This document shows, piece by piece, positions 24,232-37,510 of a DNA stretch of 64,000 bases. The notes beneath the pieces are model-generated. The model made no database searches and had not been told where the DNA came from. It worked only from the letters and a program-made list of their open reading frames with translations. Origin of the DNA: Chiloscyllium plagiosum (taxonomy: Eukaryota); assembly GCF_004010195.1 (NCBI RefSeq), contig NC_057749.1:5807339-5871338 (forward strand), given 5' to 3'. The position numbers and the translations under genes are program-made. Position 1 is the stretch's first letter. Every line of letters starts with the position of its first letter.

Positions 24232-24627
24232 CGCGGCCGTTCCCTCCATATCCCCGCGGCCTCAGTCCCCGCGGCTTTCGCCGACGCGTAGCCTCGAGAC
24301 TCAGTGCAACTTGCGCCGCGACAGAGCCATTGGAACCGAGTTCACTCCCGAAATAACGCGGATTCCCTTTGGAACTGGCGGTTTCAAGAATTGCGCTCCA
24401 CATTGTAGAGCGCCACCAGCAACCAAACCAAGTTAGCGCCCTGGAGCACTAACAAAACAGGAATTGGAGCTGGAGAGGAATCGGGGGGCACTTTAAACCT
24501 TGCGATTTGATTATCCTTATAGGTTTGAAGGTCTCTGGAAGCTTAGCATGCTAGAACCTTGAACAAGGGGGTGCCTGATACCCATGTGTGACCCATCTCT
24601 TGTAACTGTCTGTTTTAGTTGCTTACT

Positions 24628-24830
24628 GAGTTGGTTAGCTCAGTTAGTTGACTGGCTGCTATGCCGTGCAACGTAATGCTAACACTGTGGGTTCGATCCC
24701 CACTTCATAGAAGACCCCATCATTTTAACCTTGCTCCTTGCCAATGCGTGGCGACCCTTAGTTCAAACTCGCCACCATTCCAATGGTTTCTCTCAATGCT
24801 TATTGGGGTATTGTCATTTCTTGGGCGATT
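24628..24830 (+). mobile_element. Old tRNA-derived SINE
   Basis: TTAGCTCAGTT...GGGTTCGATCCC A/B boxes. Homologous to 34975-35145 (+) and 42700-42870 (-). Confidence 0.6.
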
Positions 24831-25014
24831 AACCTGTCCATGACCATAGAACCTTGCAATGATTATATGACAGCCGAGAGCACTCTTCTTCTACAAGTTG
24901 TAATGCTGAAGAGAACGTGTCACGACCACTTAGGGACCTTGCTATAGTCTTGCGTTCAGTTTGTTTGTTTTTTTGCAGGCAGGCGCATAGTGGTGATGAC
25001 AAGACTATATCTTG

Positions 25015-25212
25015 GCTGGAAATGTGTTGCTGGAAAAGCGCAGCAGGTCAGGCAGCATCCAGGGTACAGGAGAATCGACGTTTCGGGCATAAGGGCTTAT
25101 GCCCGAAACGTCGATTCTCCTGTTCCCTGGATGCTGCCTGACCTGCTGCGCTTTTCCAGCAACACATTTCCAGCTCTGATCTCCAGCATCTGCAGACCTC
25201 ACTTTCTCCTCA
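25015..25212. mobile_element. Penelope-like insertion with inverted termini (family A)
   Basis: Near-perfect inverted repeat of about 78 bp and a 14-bp TSD AAGACTATATCTTG (25001-25014 / 25213-25226). Confidence 0.88.
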
Positions 25213-25455
25213 AAGACTATATCTTGTCCCGGTGATCGGCAGGCAAGGCAAAACTAAGTAGCTATGCTTTCCAATTGTCAGCTGGACCCGAAGAGCCTAT
25301 GCTTGAGATCACTCTTATTGTCTCATACAGTCCAGACAATGGCATACCGTGTCATTCCTGGCTCACCAACCCAGTGATTGGATTGACGGGCCTCTTATAT
25401 TACCGGAAATATCGGCTCGTTTACCAACGATTCTGTCCAGCTTTCTGCTCTTTGT

Positions 25456-25722
25456 ACAGCCACAGAATCATACCGCACGGAAACAGACCCTTCGGCCCAA
25501 CTAGCCCATGCCGAACATAATCCCAAACTAAACTAGCCCCATCTGCCCGCTCCTGGCACATATCCCTCCAAACTTTTCCTATCCATGCCCTTATCCAAAT
25601 GTCTTTTAAATGCTGTAATAATGCCCACAACCACTACTTCCTCAGGAAGTTCATTCCCACACAGCGAATCACCCCCTGGGTTAAAAAAAAAGTCCCTCGT
25701 GTCCCTCTCCTTATCTCTTTTA
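25456..25722 (-). mobile_element. CR1/HER1 3' end
   Basis: WNELPEEVV..G.ITAFKRHLDK-like peptide. Confidence 0.8.
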
Positions 25723-26999
25723 TAAACTGACCAATGCATAACATACTTCCCATTTAACGTGCATTGGCGATTTAGCAGAGAGGAACACCGTCACGTTTCT
25801 GGCAAACTGGTGGTGAAAAGTTGAACAGGACAAAAACAATTTTACTTCCGTTGAGCTCTTAAAATGATCCAGTTCCCCACAGAAAACACAATGCTGTGCA
25901 TTTTTTGTGAAGATAGTTATTGTTAACTTTGTGACCATGAGTGAGCCAGCAACTTCACCTACGGAGATATTCATGGTTTCACAGCCAGCCGAGAGATATG
26001 TTTAAAGTATGTTTCTTCAAGTAGTGCTTCCTATGCATTATGTCATATGTAGGAGTAAGTCCAGTTTAAATTAAGCAATAAGCAGTCATACCTGGACTCA
26101 TGAGAGCGTCATTAACATGTTCTTACATACGTTAAAGATGAACTCATGATCAGTGAAATTTGTCTCTGCCCCACAGCTTTCTTCACATTTTACCTCACTC
26201 TATTCACGCAATTTGGTACTGGAGATGGCATCATTTAAGTCTGATTTAGCTCTACAAACACGGCTGATCGCTTCCTAAAGTTGAAACCATGCTATATGTG
26301 CAAGCGACTGACGATGCAGCCTTCAGACGTGCTGTGACAGATATCAGTGTAAAACAGACATATTGTTCTTTCAGCCACACGTTGTCCTAGCTGATTAAAC
26401 ATCAAATGTTCCGAGCAACATTGATTGTAAAGCGAGGCTGTGTTTTAATGAGTCACAGACATTTTGAGTGTGATACATTTCATCACCTCCTCTTCATGTT
26501 TAATAAACTCCAGGGTGGAGTATGTTGGAAACACCGCCGTTTCATTGATGGAAGTGAGAGGCAGTTTTGCTTCTCTCGTCCTGAACATACGAATGGGAAG
26601 GTTTCGGTAATGAGCCTAGTTTAGTTTGAAGGAAGTGAATAAAATGCAAAGCCTGTGTACACAATTCAGACTGGCACCTCATTGCTGTACCGGAGGAGTG
26701 TCACACTGCCCGCAATGCCGACTTTTCAAAGACTCGATAAAATAACACATTGTCTACTCTATAACGTGGACGCTAAACATCCCATGTCAGTTCGTGGGGG
26801 GGGGGGGGGGGGACGACTATTCGCTCACTGCATCTTAGTTACAAATCATTAAAAAACACAAGACTTTGTAGTGTGCAAATTGGCTGATGTATTTAACAGT
26901 GACAACATTCAAAAATACTTTATTGGCAACAAAAGATCTCGAGGCATCCTGAAGTTATGCAATGTAGTACATAAATGTCAATGATTTCCTTTTCTTTAC

Positions 27000-27354
27000 T
27001 GACAATAGACAATAGGTGCAGGAGTAGGCCATTCTGCCCTTCGAGCCTGCACCACCATTCATTATGATCATGGCTGATCATCCTCAATCAGTATCCTGTT
27101 CCTACCTTATCTCCATAACCCTTGATTCTACAATCCTGAGAGCTCTATCCAACTCTTTCTTAAATGAATCCAGAGACTGGGCCTCCACTGCCCTCTGGGG
27201 CAGAGCATTCCACACAGCCACCACTCTCTGGGTGAAGAAGTTTCTCCTCATCTCTGTCCTAAATGGTCGACCCCGTATTTTTAAGCTGTGTCCTCTGGTT
27301 CGGCACTCACCCATCAGTGGAAACATGTTTCCTGCCTCCAGAGTGTCCAATCCT
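27000..27354 (-). mobile_element. Young CR1 LINE 3' end
   Basis: Intact peptide TRGHSLKIRGRPFRTEMRRNFFTQRVVAVWNALP and a (GACAATA)n tail. Confidence 0.9.
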
Positions 27355-27514
27355 AGCCAGAAGGAGGGTAGCATGGAGGGTAGCGTGTAACAATTGATGA
27401 TACAACATTGACTGAAGTTCATGGTTTTATCTTGTTAATTTCAAAACATCCACACACGGACAAATCATATAAGAAATAATGTGTTTCAGGACCTAAAGGG
27501 GTCTGCGCTTTTCA

Positions 27515-28197
27515 GATAGGCTGGGAATTTTTCACCAGAGCAAAGGAGGTTGAGGGGTGATCTTACAGAGGTTTAGAAAATCATGAGCAGCATAGATAAG
27601 GTGAATAGCGATGGTCTATTCCCTAAGGTGGGGGAGTTCAAAAGTAGAGGGAATAATTTAAAACTGAGAGGAGAAAGATTTAAAAAGGATTTGAGGGGCA
27701 TCGTTTTTACACAGAGTGGTTAAGATTAGATTACCTACAGTGTGGAAACAGGCCCTTCAGCCCAATAAGTCCACACCGACCCTCCGAAGAGTAACCCACC
27801 CAGTCCCATTTCCCTCTGACTAATGCACCTAACACTATGGGCAATTCACCTGACCTGCACACCTTTGGACTGTGGGAGGAAACCCATGCAGACACAGGGA
27901 CAATGCATAAACTCACACAAACAGTCACCCAAGGCTGGAATCATACCTGGGACCCTGGTGTTGTGAGGCAGCAGTGCTAATCACTGAGCCACTATGCCAC
28001 TCCACATGTGGACTGAACTGCTAGACCAGATGCAGGTACAGTTAGAACATTAAAAAGACATTTGGATAAATACATGAAAAGAAAAGCATTGGAAGGATCA
28101 AGGCCAAGCACAGGCAGGGGGGTCGAGTTTAGTTTGGAAACATGATCGGCATTGACTAGTTGAACTGAAGGGTCTGTTTCCATGCTGTATGACTCCA
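27515..28197 (+). mobile_element. CR1 3' fragment interrupted by an HE1-like SINE (-, 27722-28000)
   Basis: LINE sequence flanks the SINE on both sides. Confidence 0.82.
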
Positions 28198-29929
28198 TAT
28201 ATATATAGCAATAGAGAAAATGTAAATGAAACAAAGGATTATTTTTGGAGGACTGCCCTTAATTGTGTTAAACTGAGCAGTAATAGAAGAGGTATTGGGA
28301 CAACAGTCTGGTCTTGTAGGTGATATGATGTGTAACAAAAAAAATTGTGATTCGGTGGTGCTGTTCTTGCCTCTGATTCGGGAGACTTAACTTCCAGTCT
28401 CACATCCTCCAGAGGCATGCAGTTACATCCCTTAATGAGTTGATTAGAATATAAAGCAATAAATTCAATGAGCAGCAAAAGAGAATGCCAAGTAACATAA
28501 AGTAATTAAAACAACATCCCTGAATATAAGAATCTGTGCTAATATGATTTTATGATATGAAAGAGTCCAGGAGCTCTTCAATCCAGTGTTGGAGTTGGTG
28601 ACCCTTTACCTGTCTCTAGCCCTGGGGAGCTCCAGGCCAGCTAAGGCATTGGAGATCAAAATGGAACACGGGTAGAATGATAAATGTAAATGCGAAATGC
28701 TAGGCTTGGAATTATTGACAGAATATTCATGCTATGGTTAGTAAATCTGATGTTGTCAGTGCTGAATTGAATAGTTTTCTTAAATAACTTGCTAAAAGTA
28801 CTTTTGTAGATAATTACAGAGTAAACTGAATGCCAAACAGTTAGTGATGGAATAGCATCAATTAACAAAACAGTGAGCAGTCCTTAGATTTAGCATGTCT
28901 TCCTAACTTTTTTTCCAAGAATAATATTTGTTAGCATCTCTATTTAGTTTATCACCAATTCTCTCCCCTTCCCTTCCTAAATGTGTCAATTGATTCCTTG
29001 CTGATGTCGTGTTCCATAGGCACTAGCCACTCTCCATTAGCACATCTAAAATAGCAACTCATATAAATAGGAAGAAAGACTTCCATCTATACCACACTTT
29101 CTTCGCACATTCAACATCTCAACATTAAAACTAATGGTGGGCTTTTTGAAAATCAGGACTGTTGCTAAATAGAAAATGCAGCAGTCAATTTGCTCTCAGT
29201 AAATTCCCAAAGATGACAATGTGATAATTACCAGGTGATCTGTTTTTTGTGATGTTGATTGAAAGATAATCATTGACCAGAACAGCAGTGTCTTGGGATC
29301 TTTTACATTCACCCAAGTGGGCAGATAGAGTCTTGGTTTAATTTTTTGATAGAGAGATAACAATCTATACAGTGTAATACTCCTACGGCAATGCTCTGGA
29401 GTGTCAGCTGTGTTTGCTTTTGCCTGGAACTCCAAGCCGCTCAGTAGGTCTTGTGATTCACAGATGACCAACTGAACCATGATTGACCTAGTAGGTGAAA
29501 TTTAATAATCTGATTTATTGGTGAATTTCAGTCATGGGTATAACAGTTAGACCCTTGCACAATATGCATAGACACCCCTGAATGAGGCTTCGAAGTGGGA
29601 GCTCTGATCAACTTCTTCAGTTGACCACAAGGTACTGGGGGCAATTATAGCAGTTGAGGTCAGTGTACCAAGGTCATTACCAAACAAAACTGTGGTGAAC
29701 TTGATTGTTGTGGTTCAGTAGCTCATTATTTCTGTTGGTGGCTGCATTTATAGAGATCATCTGATTGTGCATCTTTTTTCAAAAGTGGAAATGCACTGTC
29801 TTTTAACAAAGTGCATCTGATTCATGCAGTTTACAAAGTGTTTTCCATATCATTCTCATTTGTTTGAAAATAGTAAAGCATTCAAAAATTACTATTCCTA
29901 ATTTTCAGTTCTAAAATGCTTCAGAAGAA

Positions 29930-30115
29930 TAAAACACAGAACACAATCAGAAATTGTTGAAAAAACTCAGCAGGTCTGGTGGAGAACGGTTCTGAAGAAG
30001 GGTCGCTAGAACCGAAATGTTAATTCTGCTTTCTCTCCACAGATGCTGCCAGACCTGCTGAGATTTTCCAGCAATATCTGTTTGCATTACTGATTTTCAG
30101 CATCAGCAATTGTTT
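29930..30115 (+). mobile_element. Penelope-like inverted terminal fragment (family B) with hammerhead-like core
   Basis: CTGAAGA-A-GGGTC-GCTA-GAACC-GAAATGTTAA at 29992-30023, with inverted flanks. Confidence 0.65.
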
Positions 30116-31431
30116 GATTTTTTTCTGTATTATAAAACATATATTTACAAAATGTGAATCAATACAGATTCTACATATTCTTGTTCTCAAAAACAAGAAA
30201 GACTAGTGGATTTGATTTTTACTGCCTTCCAAACCATCATCACTGACAGTTGACAATTTCCTAAAGTGACATTCCAGAAGAAAGGAAATAAAGTTCTAAG
30301 GGATGACAACTGCACTTTTGTCCAGATTTCCAATTGTAGGTTTTCCTTTGTCAAAGGGGATCCTTTTGGCAGTGAATGTCTATCACGTCCCTCTGAAACT
30401 GGCCAGTCAGAGGCCTGCAAGAATTTCCTCGGGGAAGTCTCCCTTCTAATAGTACATCTGCAATTTGGAACTCACCCTCGCGAAACACGAGGAATGAGTC
30501 CTTTCCTTGTTAATCCAAATATAAAAATATAAACTTTGACCAGGAGAAATCAGTCCTGCAAGTTTGCAGAGAGCAATCTTCATTTTATGTCATATAGAGA
30601 CACACACAAACTCCATCAGTTGGCAATCAGCTGTTTCCTTCCATCAATGTACCCTTCATGTTTTATCTGTTCCAAGTTGCACTCTGTACTTTAAATTGAT
30701 AGTTCAGAAAGCTCTGGTGTCTTTTTAGAATACAGAGGGCAACACAGGGCCACTGTGAAATTGTGATGAACAACGTCAATTTGTTCATTTCAAACAATTG
30801 CCGACTGAGAGAAATGTCAATTATTAGAACCCAAAAGTTATTGGAATGGATGTATTATGATGGCATTTTAGTCTATTTGTAGTCTATAACCTGTGGGCGC
30901 AAGGCAATTGAGAATGTGGACCTTAGATTATAACTCGTGACACTGAATGAATAACAGACCATGAATGATAACTAATCTAATCACTGTTTTCTGTGGATGT
31001 GGAAAGTTAGATTGATGGTGTTTGGGTATAAGTAGCGTTCACATCGTATTTCCCAATGTCTAGCAGAGACATCCCTTCCTCAGCCACAGCCTGTTACTAA
31101 ACCAGTGGAAATTCATGGGGACTATAAGTACAACAAAGAAGGTATTAAAATGATATTTGAAATTTATGTAGTTCATAAACTGTTTCCCATGTCTCTAATG
31201 TTGCCCTACCCCCATATCTTTCATGGGTTACTTTGTTCTCAGTATCTCGTTTATCAGATTGATCGTTGTGATATCAAGCAGAGAGCTCTAGTGAGAATGC
31301 TGCAAGGACAATGACAGATCTTTAAGACATCTGTCCCAGTTCAAATCAGGAATTTGTCATCCTCTTGAGTCAGATAATTGCTGATTTGGTTTTTCCATGA
31401 GGCAAGCTGGGGTTCAGCAAGTGCAAGACTT

Positions 31432-31770
31432 GGGGAGGCCCAGTGGCAAGCACTGCTGCCTCACAGCACCAGGGACCTGGGTTCAATTCCAGTCTCAAGT
31501 GACTGCCTGTGTGGAGTTTGCAATGTTCTCCCTGTGTCTGCCTGGGTTTGCTTCCACAGTCCACAGATAGATGTGCAGGTTAGGTGGTTTAGCCATGTTC
31601 TAATTGCTCGTGGTTTCCAGGGATGTGCAGGCTGGGTGGATTAGTCATGGGAAATGTAGGCTTACAGGGATAAGGTAATAGGGTGGTTCTGGAAAGGATC
31701 CTTGTCAGAGGGTGGGTGTGGATTTGATGGGCTGAACGGCATGCTTCCAATCTTTAGGAGATGCTATGCC
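31432..31770 (+). mobile_element. HE1-like SINE
   Basis: Head and V-domain. Confidence 0.82.
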
Positions 31771-33754
31771 ATAAAGATAATCGGGAGAGTGTTGGAATCT
31801 CCAGTTTATAGTTGACAAGACTTCAGCAGCTGATGAACGAGTAAGGCCCAAGTTGCAGATGTGGAAACCTGACCATTTTGTAATAGAGGTGGATATAAGG
31901 TCACATGCTCATCTCAGGATTGTGTAGGACCCTAAGTTTGTGACTGAGTGATGTTTAAACTGAGACAGGCATCCAGGATGTGTGATGGAACTGGTGCTGT
32001 AGGTTCTGAGTTTGCAATAGGGAGCTGATGATAATGGCCTCAGCCTTTTCAGTGTTGAGCTGGAGAAAACTGCAATGCGGAAGAAACTACGGCAGACACC
32101 AGATTAGCAGCACGAGACCACAGAGCCAGGGCTGAGTGAGTTGGTGGAGAACTAGAATTCTGTGGTTTCTGCATTCATAAGTGATCTGATCCACCTGCAG
32201 GAGAAAACTTTCATAAGCTTTCTGATCGGTACATTTTCCTGCAGTGTTCAAATTATTTCCTATGAACTCTGTTCTACGTGCAGAACGACCTTTCTGTTCT
32301 AATAAAACACCTTGAGTCAAGAGTGGCAATTGACAAGATTCTATTCTAACAATAGGAGTTATTTGCAAATGGCGAGGGGATCTTGTTTCTTCCTTATTGA
32401 GGAGGATTTCACCTCTGTCTTACACCCTTCACAATTGCACAGGAACAGAAGTACAGTTCAGTGAATTAGCCTGTACAATTTTTAACTTAACTAAGCCATT
32501 GTGGAAATTCCATATCTATATCCAGTGTCACAACTGCCCCTATTAAGAATTCCCTTCTAAACATTCCTGACTCATGCCCATAAGAATGGAGAGTCAGGTT
32601 ATACAAATTCTTGTTTACAATAAGTTAACACAAAGATGATCAATATTTCATTTGCAATGAATGAGTTGACTTTACCTGCTACATAATTAAATTGGTTAGA
32701 GTTGAATTCTTAATCTGAAAGCTGATAGGCACTAATGCCAATAAAGCAATCTATGGTCAAAAAATATCATTGCATCAATTGTACACTTTCCTGTGAGCAA
32801 TACAACAATGTTCCTTTTGGCTTTATATATCAAAGAAAATGCATCCATATGTTTTGTTCCAAACACCTAAAGTCTTATAAACTGCCCATTGATATAATTA
32901 CAGTTGATAAAATGGACATTGAGCTGCAGCTTGACCTTTAAAATCACCTTCTACCGACCTTTAATTCTTAAATTATTAATATTATTGAATAAAAAAGAAA
33001 TATGCAACTGAGGAATAGTGGTTTTATTTGGCTCTGAAGAAAATGAGAATTCTCTGTTTGTCTTAAATCTTAAATTGCTTATGGATAAATTCAATCTCTC
33101 TGGGTGAGGCACATTTCCTTTTCACACATTCTGATGCTGAAATAAATGTTCACCTTACAATATCAAATCTACTCAAATGTCAAAAATAGGCATATTCCTG
33201 TAATGGTAATTGCATATCAAAACAAAATGTAACTTGAATCTCAATTATAAGTTAACACCCAGTTACTCTTGTTCACGATAATTTGCTTTCCTTCATCTTA
33301 TCTACCTTAACATATAGCCTTTATTTTAACTGTCCTCTATCTGAATACATTGAGGTATTCTACTAATACTAAATGCTTTCCCATTCTTTAAAAGTGTCAC
33401 AATTTTTCAGTGTTCAGTTCGTCTATTTTCCCAATTGGTTCTCTTCCTCTTCCTCTCCCAGTTATATTTTAGCAATGAGAATCATTCAAATTATTTTTCA
33501 ATATAATGAATGACAATATTTTAAATTGAAGCAGCCACTAATATACAGGATCATAAAAAGCTGTTCATACAATTTGAAACTGTCATTCTGCCTCAATATT
33601 CTGCATGCATTTATCATTTCTAAGAATTCCTCACCTTAGTAAGATAACAAAATTTACTTTTCACCTTGGAACCCTGACCTCCATGTATTATCTAGGATTA
33701 TTTTTCATATAGGGAGACTTTGATTATTTTATGTGCATAAACAAACAATTTATC

Positions 33755-34160
33755 CATTTCCAGGGTGTGGGCATCACTGGGAAGGCCAGCATTTAGTGGC
33801 CATCCCTAATTGTCTTTGAGAAGATAGTGATGAGATGCATTCTTGAATACAACTGGGCTAACAGGTCATTTCAGAATGCAACTAAATATCAATGTCATTG
33901 CTGAAGATCTGCAGTTGAATATAGGTCAGACTGTGTAAGAATGGCAGATTTCATTTCGCGAAGGAGATTAATGAACCAAATTGTTTTTTTTAACGTCAAA
34001 TCAGTAATTTCATGGTCATTAATACTAGCTTTTTATTATGGATTTATTAAATTAATTGAGTTTAAATTCCCCAGCTGCTATGGGATGTTTAAGCTTAGAT
34101 CATAAGTCCAGGTCTCTAGATTATAAGCCCAGTAACATAAACACTCTGCTACTGTGCCCC
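33755..34160 (-). mobile_element. Old SINE sharing its 3' tail with the 57890 LINE family
   Basis: Homologous to 35515-35870 (+), 43015-43322 (-) and about 17960-18300 (-). Confidence 0.6.
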
Positions 34161-35514
34161 AGTAATTTGCAGTTCATGCAGGATAACTGCACCAAGACAA
34201 ATTAAAACAAAATTTAGATGTTTACAAGTATTCCGTTTGGGACTGCATTTCCTCCATTTGCCAAGAATACTCATTCTTTAATGAACTGTCACTGAGCGGG
34301 AAGGTGCAGAAATCTCCTTCCCCAGGTGATATTAACACACTGTCTCTTGAGATTTCCTGCTCTCTACTGCAGTATCTTTGTGAATTCCCTTATATTCCTT
34401 GCTGCAATTATTCATTCACTAATGCATGTCTAAATAGAACATAGAAAAAATATTCAGCTGAAAGATGAATGTCGACAGGAGATGAATGTCGAGAACTGAC
34501 CTGAAGTGGATTCGTGTTCAGATAATCAGACCATGTATTGTACTGTGTTCAATTGTGATATAAAAATAATCCTGCAGATCTTTGCCTGGATGATGTACTT
34601 TGCAGGTCTACTAAAATTATTGAGTAGAATCTTTGTATTTTCATGCATTACATTTTACATTATGATTAAAATTGAGAGCAGAAATCATATCGATCGATAG
34701 AGGAAATAGAAAGCACATTTAATACTTGTCCTTTAGTGTCTGTCAAGAATGCAACCAAAGATTAAATGTTAGGATAGCAGTTCCCACATTGGTGAAAGGG
34801 TACTGATCAACTGACTGGGGTGCATTTACAATTTGGACCTTCCTTCCAGTTATCTCCCTGTGGTTTGTCTGACTTTAGTTTTCATAGGCAGAGCAACTTT
34901 CTTATGATCCTTTACTGACTATATGTTTGGAGTAGCATCTGTCATTTAGCACATTGCTCCTATTCAACTCAAGGTAGCTGATTAGCTCATTCAGCTGGAT
35001 TGCTAGCTTGTAGTGTAGGGTAATGCTAAGAATGTAGGTTCCATTCGCACACTGGCTGCGATCCTGTTAACGAATTCTTTTTCTTTCCTCTTGCCAAAGG
35101 CAAGTTGATCCTCAGGTTAAGCCACCACCATCTCTTTCTAATAAATGAGGTGTTACATTTTATTTAACCTGATCAATCATTGTGTATCACTCACCGGACA
35201 ACACACGAAGGGTACTCACATAATCCTTCCATCTCTTTTTAACACAAAATAAGCCTCACATGAACAATGCACACAGGTAACATCAATCTGCTAAAGCCTT
35301 TCAGTTAGTGCAGTAGGAAGCAAAGACAAACAACTTATCAACTGAGCACCTACAGCAAATTGAATTGGCTTCTAAGCAAGCAGAGCAAGGGCATCGAAGG
35401 TTTTTGTGTTTCTTTTAGGAAAGCCTGTTCATTATAATGGTGATCAGAGCAAGAGATGTTGTCCATAATTTCTATTTACACTCTGGTATCACACAAAACC
35501 ATGAGAATAGGAGG

Positions 35515-35870
35515 GTGGCATGGTGGTGACATCACTGGACTAGGAATCCAGATGTGCTCAGGATATGAGTGTCAATCCCACTGCATCTCGTGAAACTTAA
35601 AAATAACTCATAAATCTGGATTTGAAAACTAGTATCAGTAATGATGACCATTTCAATATTAATTGATTATGGTTAAAAAAAAATCTGCATCGGGTTCACT
35701 GATGTCCTCTAGAGAAGGAAATTTGTCATCCTTAGCTGGTTTGACACATGTGACTCCAGACCCATAGCAACCCGATTGAGAATTAGCTTTCTGGAATGGC
35801 TCAGCAAGCCATTCAGGTCAAGGACAATTAGGCATGGATGATAGTTGCTGGCCTTTCCAGCAACAATCTC
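35515..35870 (+). mobile_element. Old tRNA-derived SINE
   Basis: GGTGGCATGGTGGT..CACTGGACTAG.AATCCAG head. Related heads occur near 6305, 14085 and 36265. Confidence 0.6.
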
Positions 35871-36419
35871 ATCCTCGGGATATTTCATTAGGACCCCCTC
35901 CCCACCCTGCAAGACCAGTATGCCAAGTTCCTGCTCAGGAAGCCCCCACCCCATTTTCACACCTGCTAGAAAGGCAGGTATCTGAACCTGTAGAGAGCTG
36001 AGGCCCACAATAGCTGCTAATTGACCATAGAAGGACCTAAATGGCTGACAAGCTGAGAAGGCTCGTAATAAACATTCTTATGCAGTACTTAATGACTGAT
36101 CTAGCAAGAAGACATCAACTGTGTATTCTCCAGGAGCAACCCACTTAATTATTTTCCATTCTCGCAGGATAACTGCACCACCGGAAAGGGGAAAATAGCG
36201 CCAATGGTCTTTATATGAATGTAAAATTCTTACCAAGCAATATACTTTAAAAGAATGAGGGGGTGATGGTGGTATAGTGGTAAAGTCTTTGGATAGTAAT
36301 CCAGAGCCTCAGCCTAATGTTCTGGGCTCATGAGCTCAAATTGCATCATGGGAGAAAAGGTATTGGGTCAGTCTCTATCACAAGAAGCAGAGTATATGAC
36401 AAACAGTTGGGACTGAAGA

Positions 36420-37510
36420 CAAGCTAGTCACCAGGAACCTGATAGACTGCATCCAAGGAATTTAAAGGAAGTGGTTTCGGAGGTAGTGGAGACATTGGTT
36501 GAAATTTTCCAGAACTCGTTGAATTTTGAGAGGGTTGTAGTGGAATTGAAAATTGTTAAAGTTCCTGATTTAAGAAGAGAGAGAAACAAAAAGTAGGAAA
36601 CTAGGCAGTTAGTGTAACATCTGTTGTTGGGAAAATCTGTTGAGGACATAAAAAAATGTCAACGGATATAGTTAGGTTGAGTGAGTAGGCAAGAAATCTG
36701 GGCGATGGAGTTTAACATTTGAAAATGCAAGGTCTTTCACATTGATAGGAAGAATCAAATGATAAGCTGCTATTTAAATGAGAAGAGACTCCAAAAACAT
36801 GCAGTGCCGAGGGACCTGGGTGTTGTGTATGAAACACAAACAGTTAGCATGCAAGTGCAGCAAGTAATTGTGAAGGTAAATTGAATTTTGGCTTTATTGC
36901 CCGGGGTTGGAATGTAAAATTAGAGAAGTTTTGTTTCAACAGTGCACGGTGTTGGTGAGGCCATGCCTGGAGTCATGTGTACAGCTTTGTCCCTGTATTT
37001 AAGAAAGTATAGTCAGGATTTGGAGAACTTCAAAAGTGATCAATTGAACTGATTCCTCTATTGAAGAGGTTGACTTTTCAAGAATGGCTAAACAGGTTAG
37101 ACCTTCATTAATTTGAATGAAGAAGAATGCGAGGTAAGGATATTGAAACAAATGAATTTTCAGGGGACTTGACTGCGTAAATGTTGAGAAGAAGTTGCCA
37201 TTAGTTGGGGTGGGGCAGAAGTCTTTGAACCAGGGGACATAGTTACAGAATAAGGGGACAATAATTTAAAACTGGGATATGAAGAAATTTCTTCTCCCAG
37301 AGAGCAGTGAATCGCTGGAATTTTTTACCCCAGAGAATGGTGGAGGCTAAATAATTGTAAATATGTAAAAAGGAGGTAGATTTTAAAAACAGTTGAGGAC
37401 TAAGGGGTATGAAGACCTGGTATAAAAATGGAGTTGAGGCCTGTGCTGATCAGAAATCATCTTATTGATTGATGGCATTGGGTTGAAGGGACAAAAGTCG
37501 TACTGCTGCA
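36420..37510 (+). mobile_element. Old degenerate CR1 LINE
   Basis: SPGTD.LHPRNLKEV..EVVETLVEIFQNS-like coding remnant and a CR1 3' end. Confidence 0.75.

Noticed and set aside
24405..24450. Possible CTCF sites (GAGCGCCACCAGC, TAGCGCCCTGGAG)
   Set aside because: Only half of the motif matches, which cannot be supported without a PWM scan.
24628..24705. tRNA gene-like A/B boxes
   Set aside because: No complete cloverleaf. It is the head of a dispersed SINE with other copies at 34975 and 42870.
29046..29054. MEF2-like CTAAAATAG
   Set aside because: One base short of the YTA(W)4TAR consensus.
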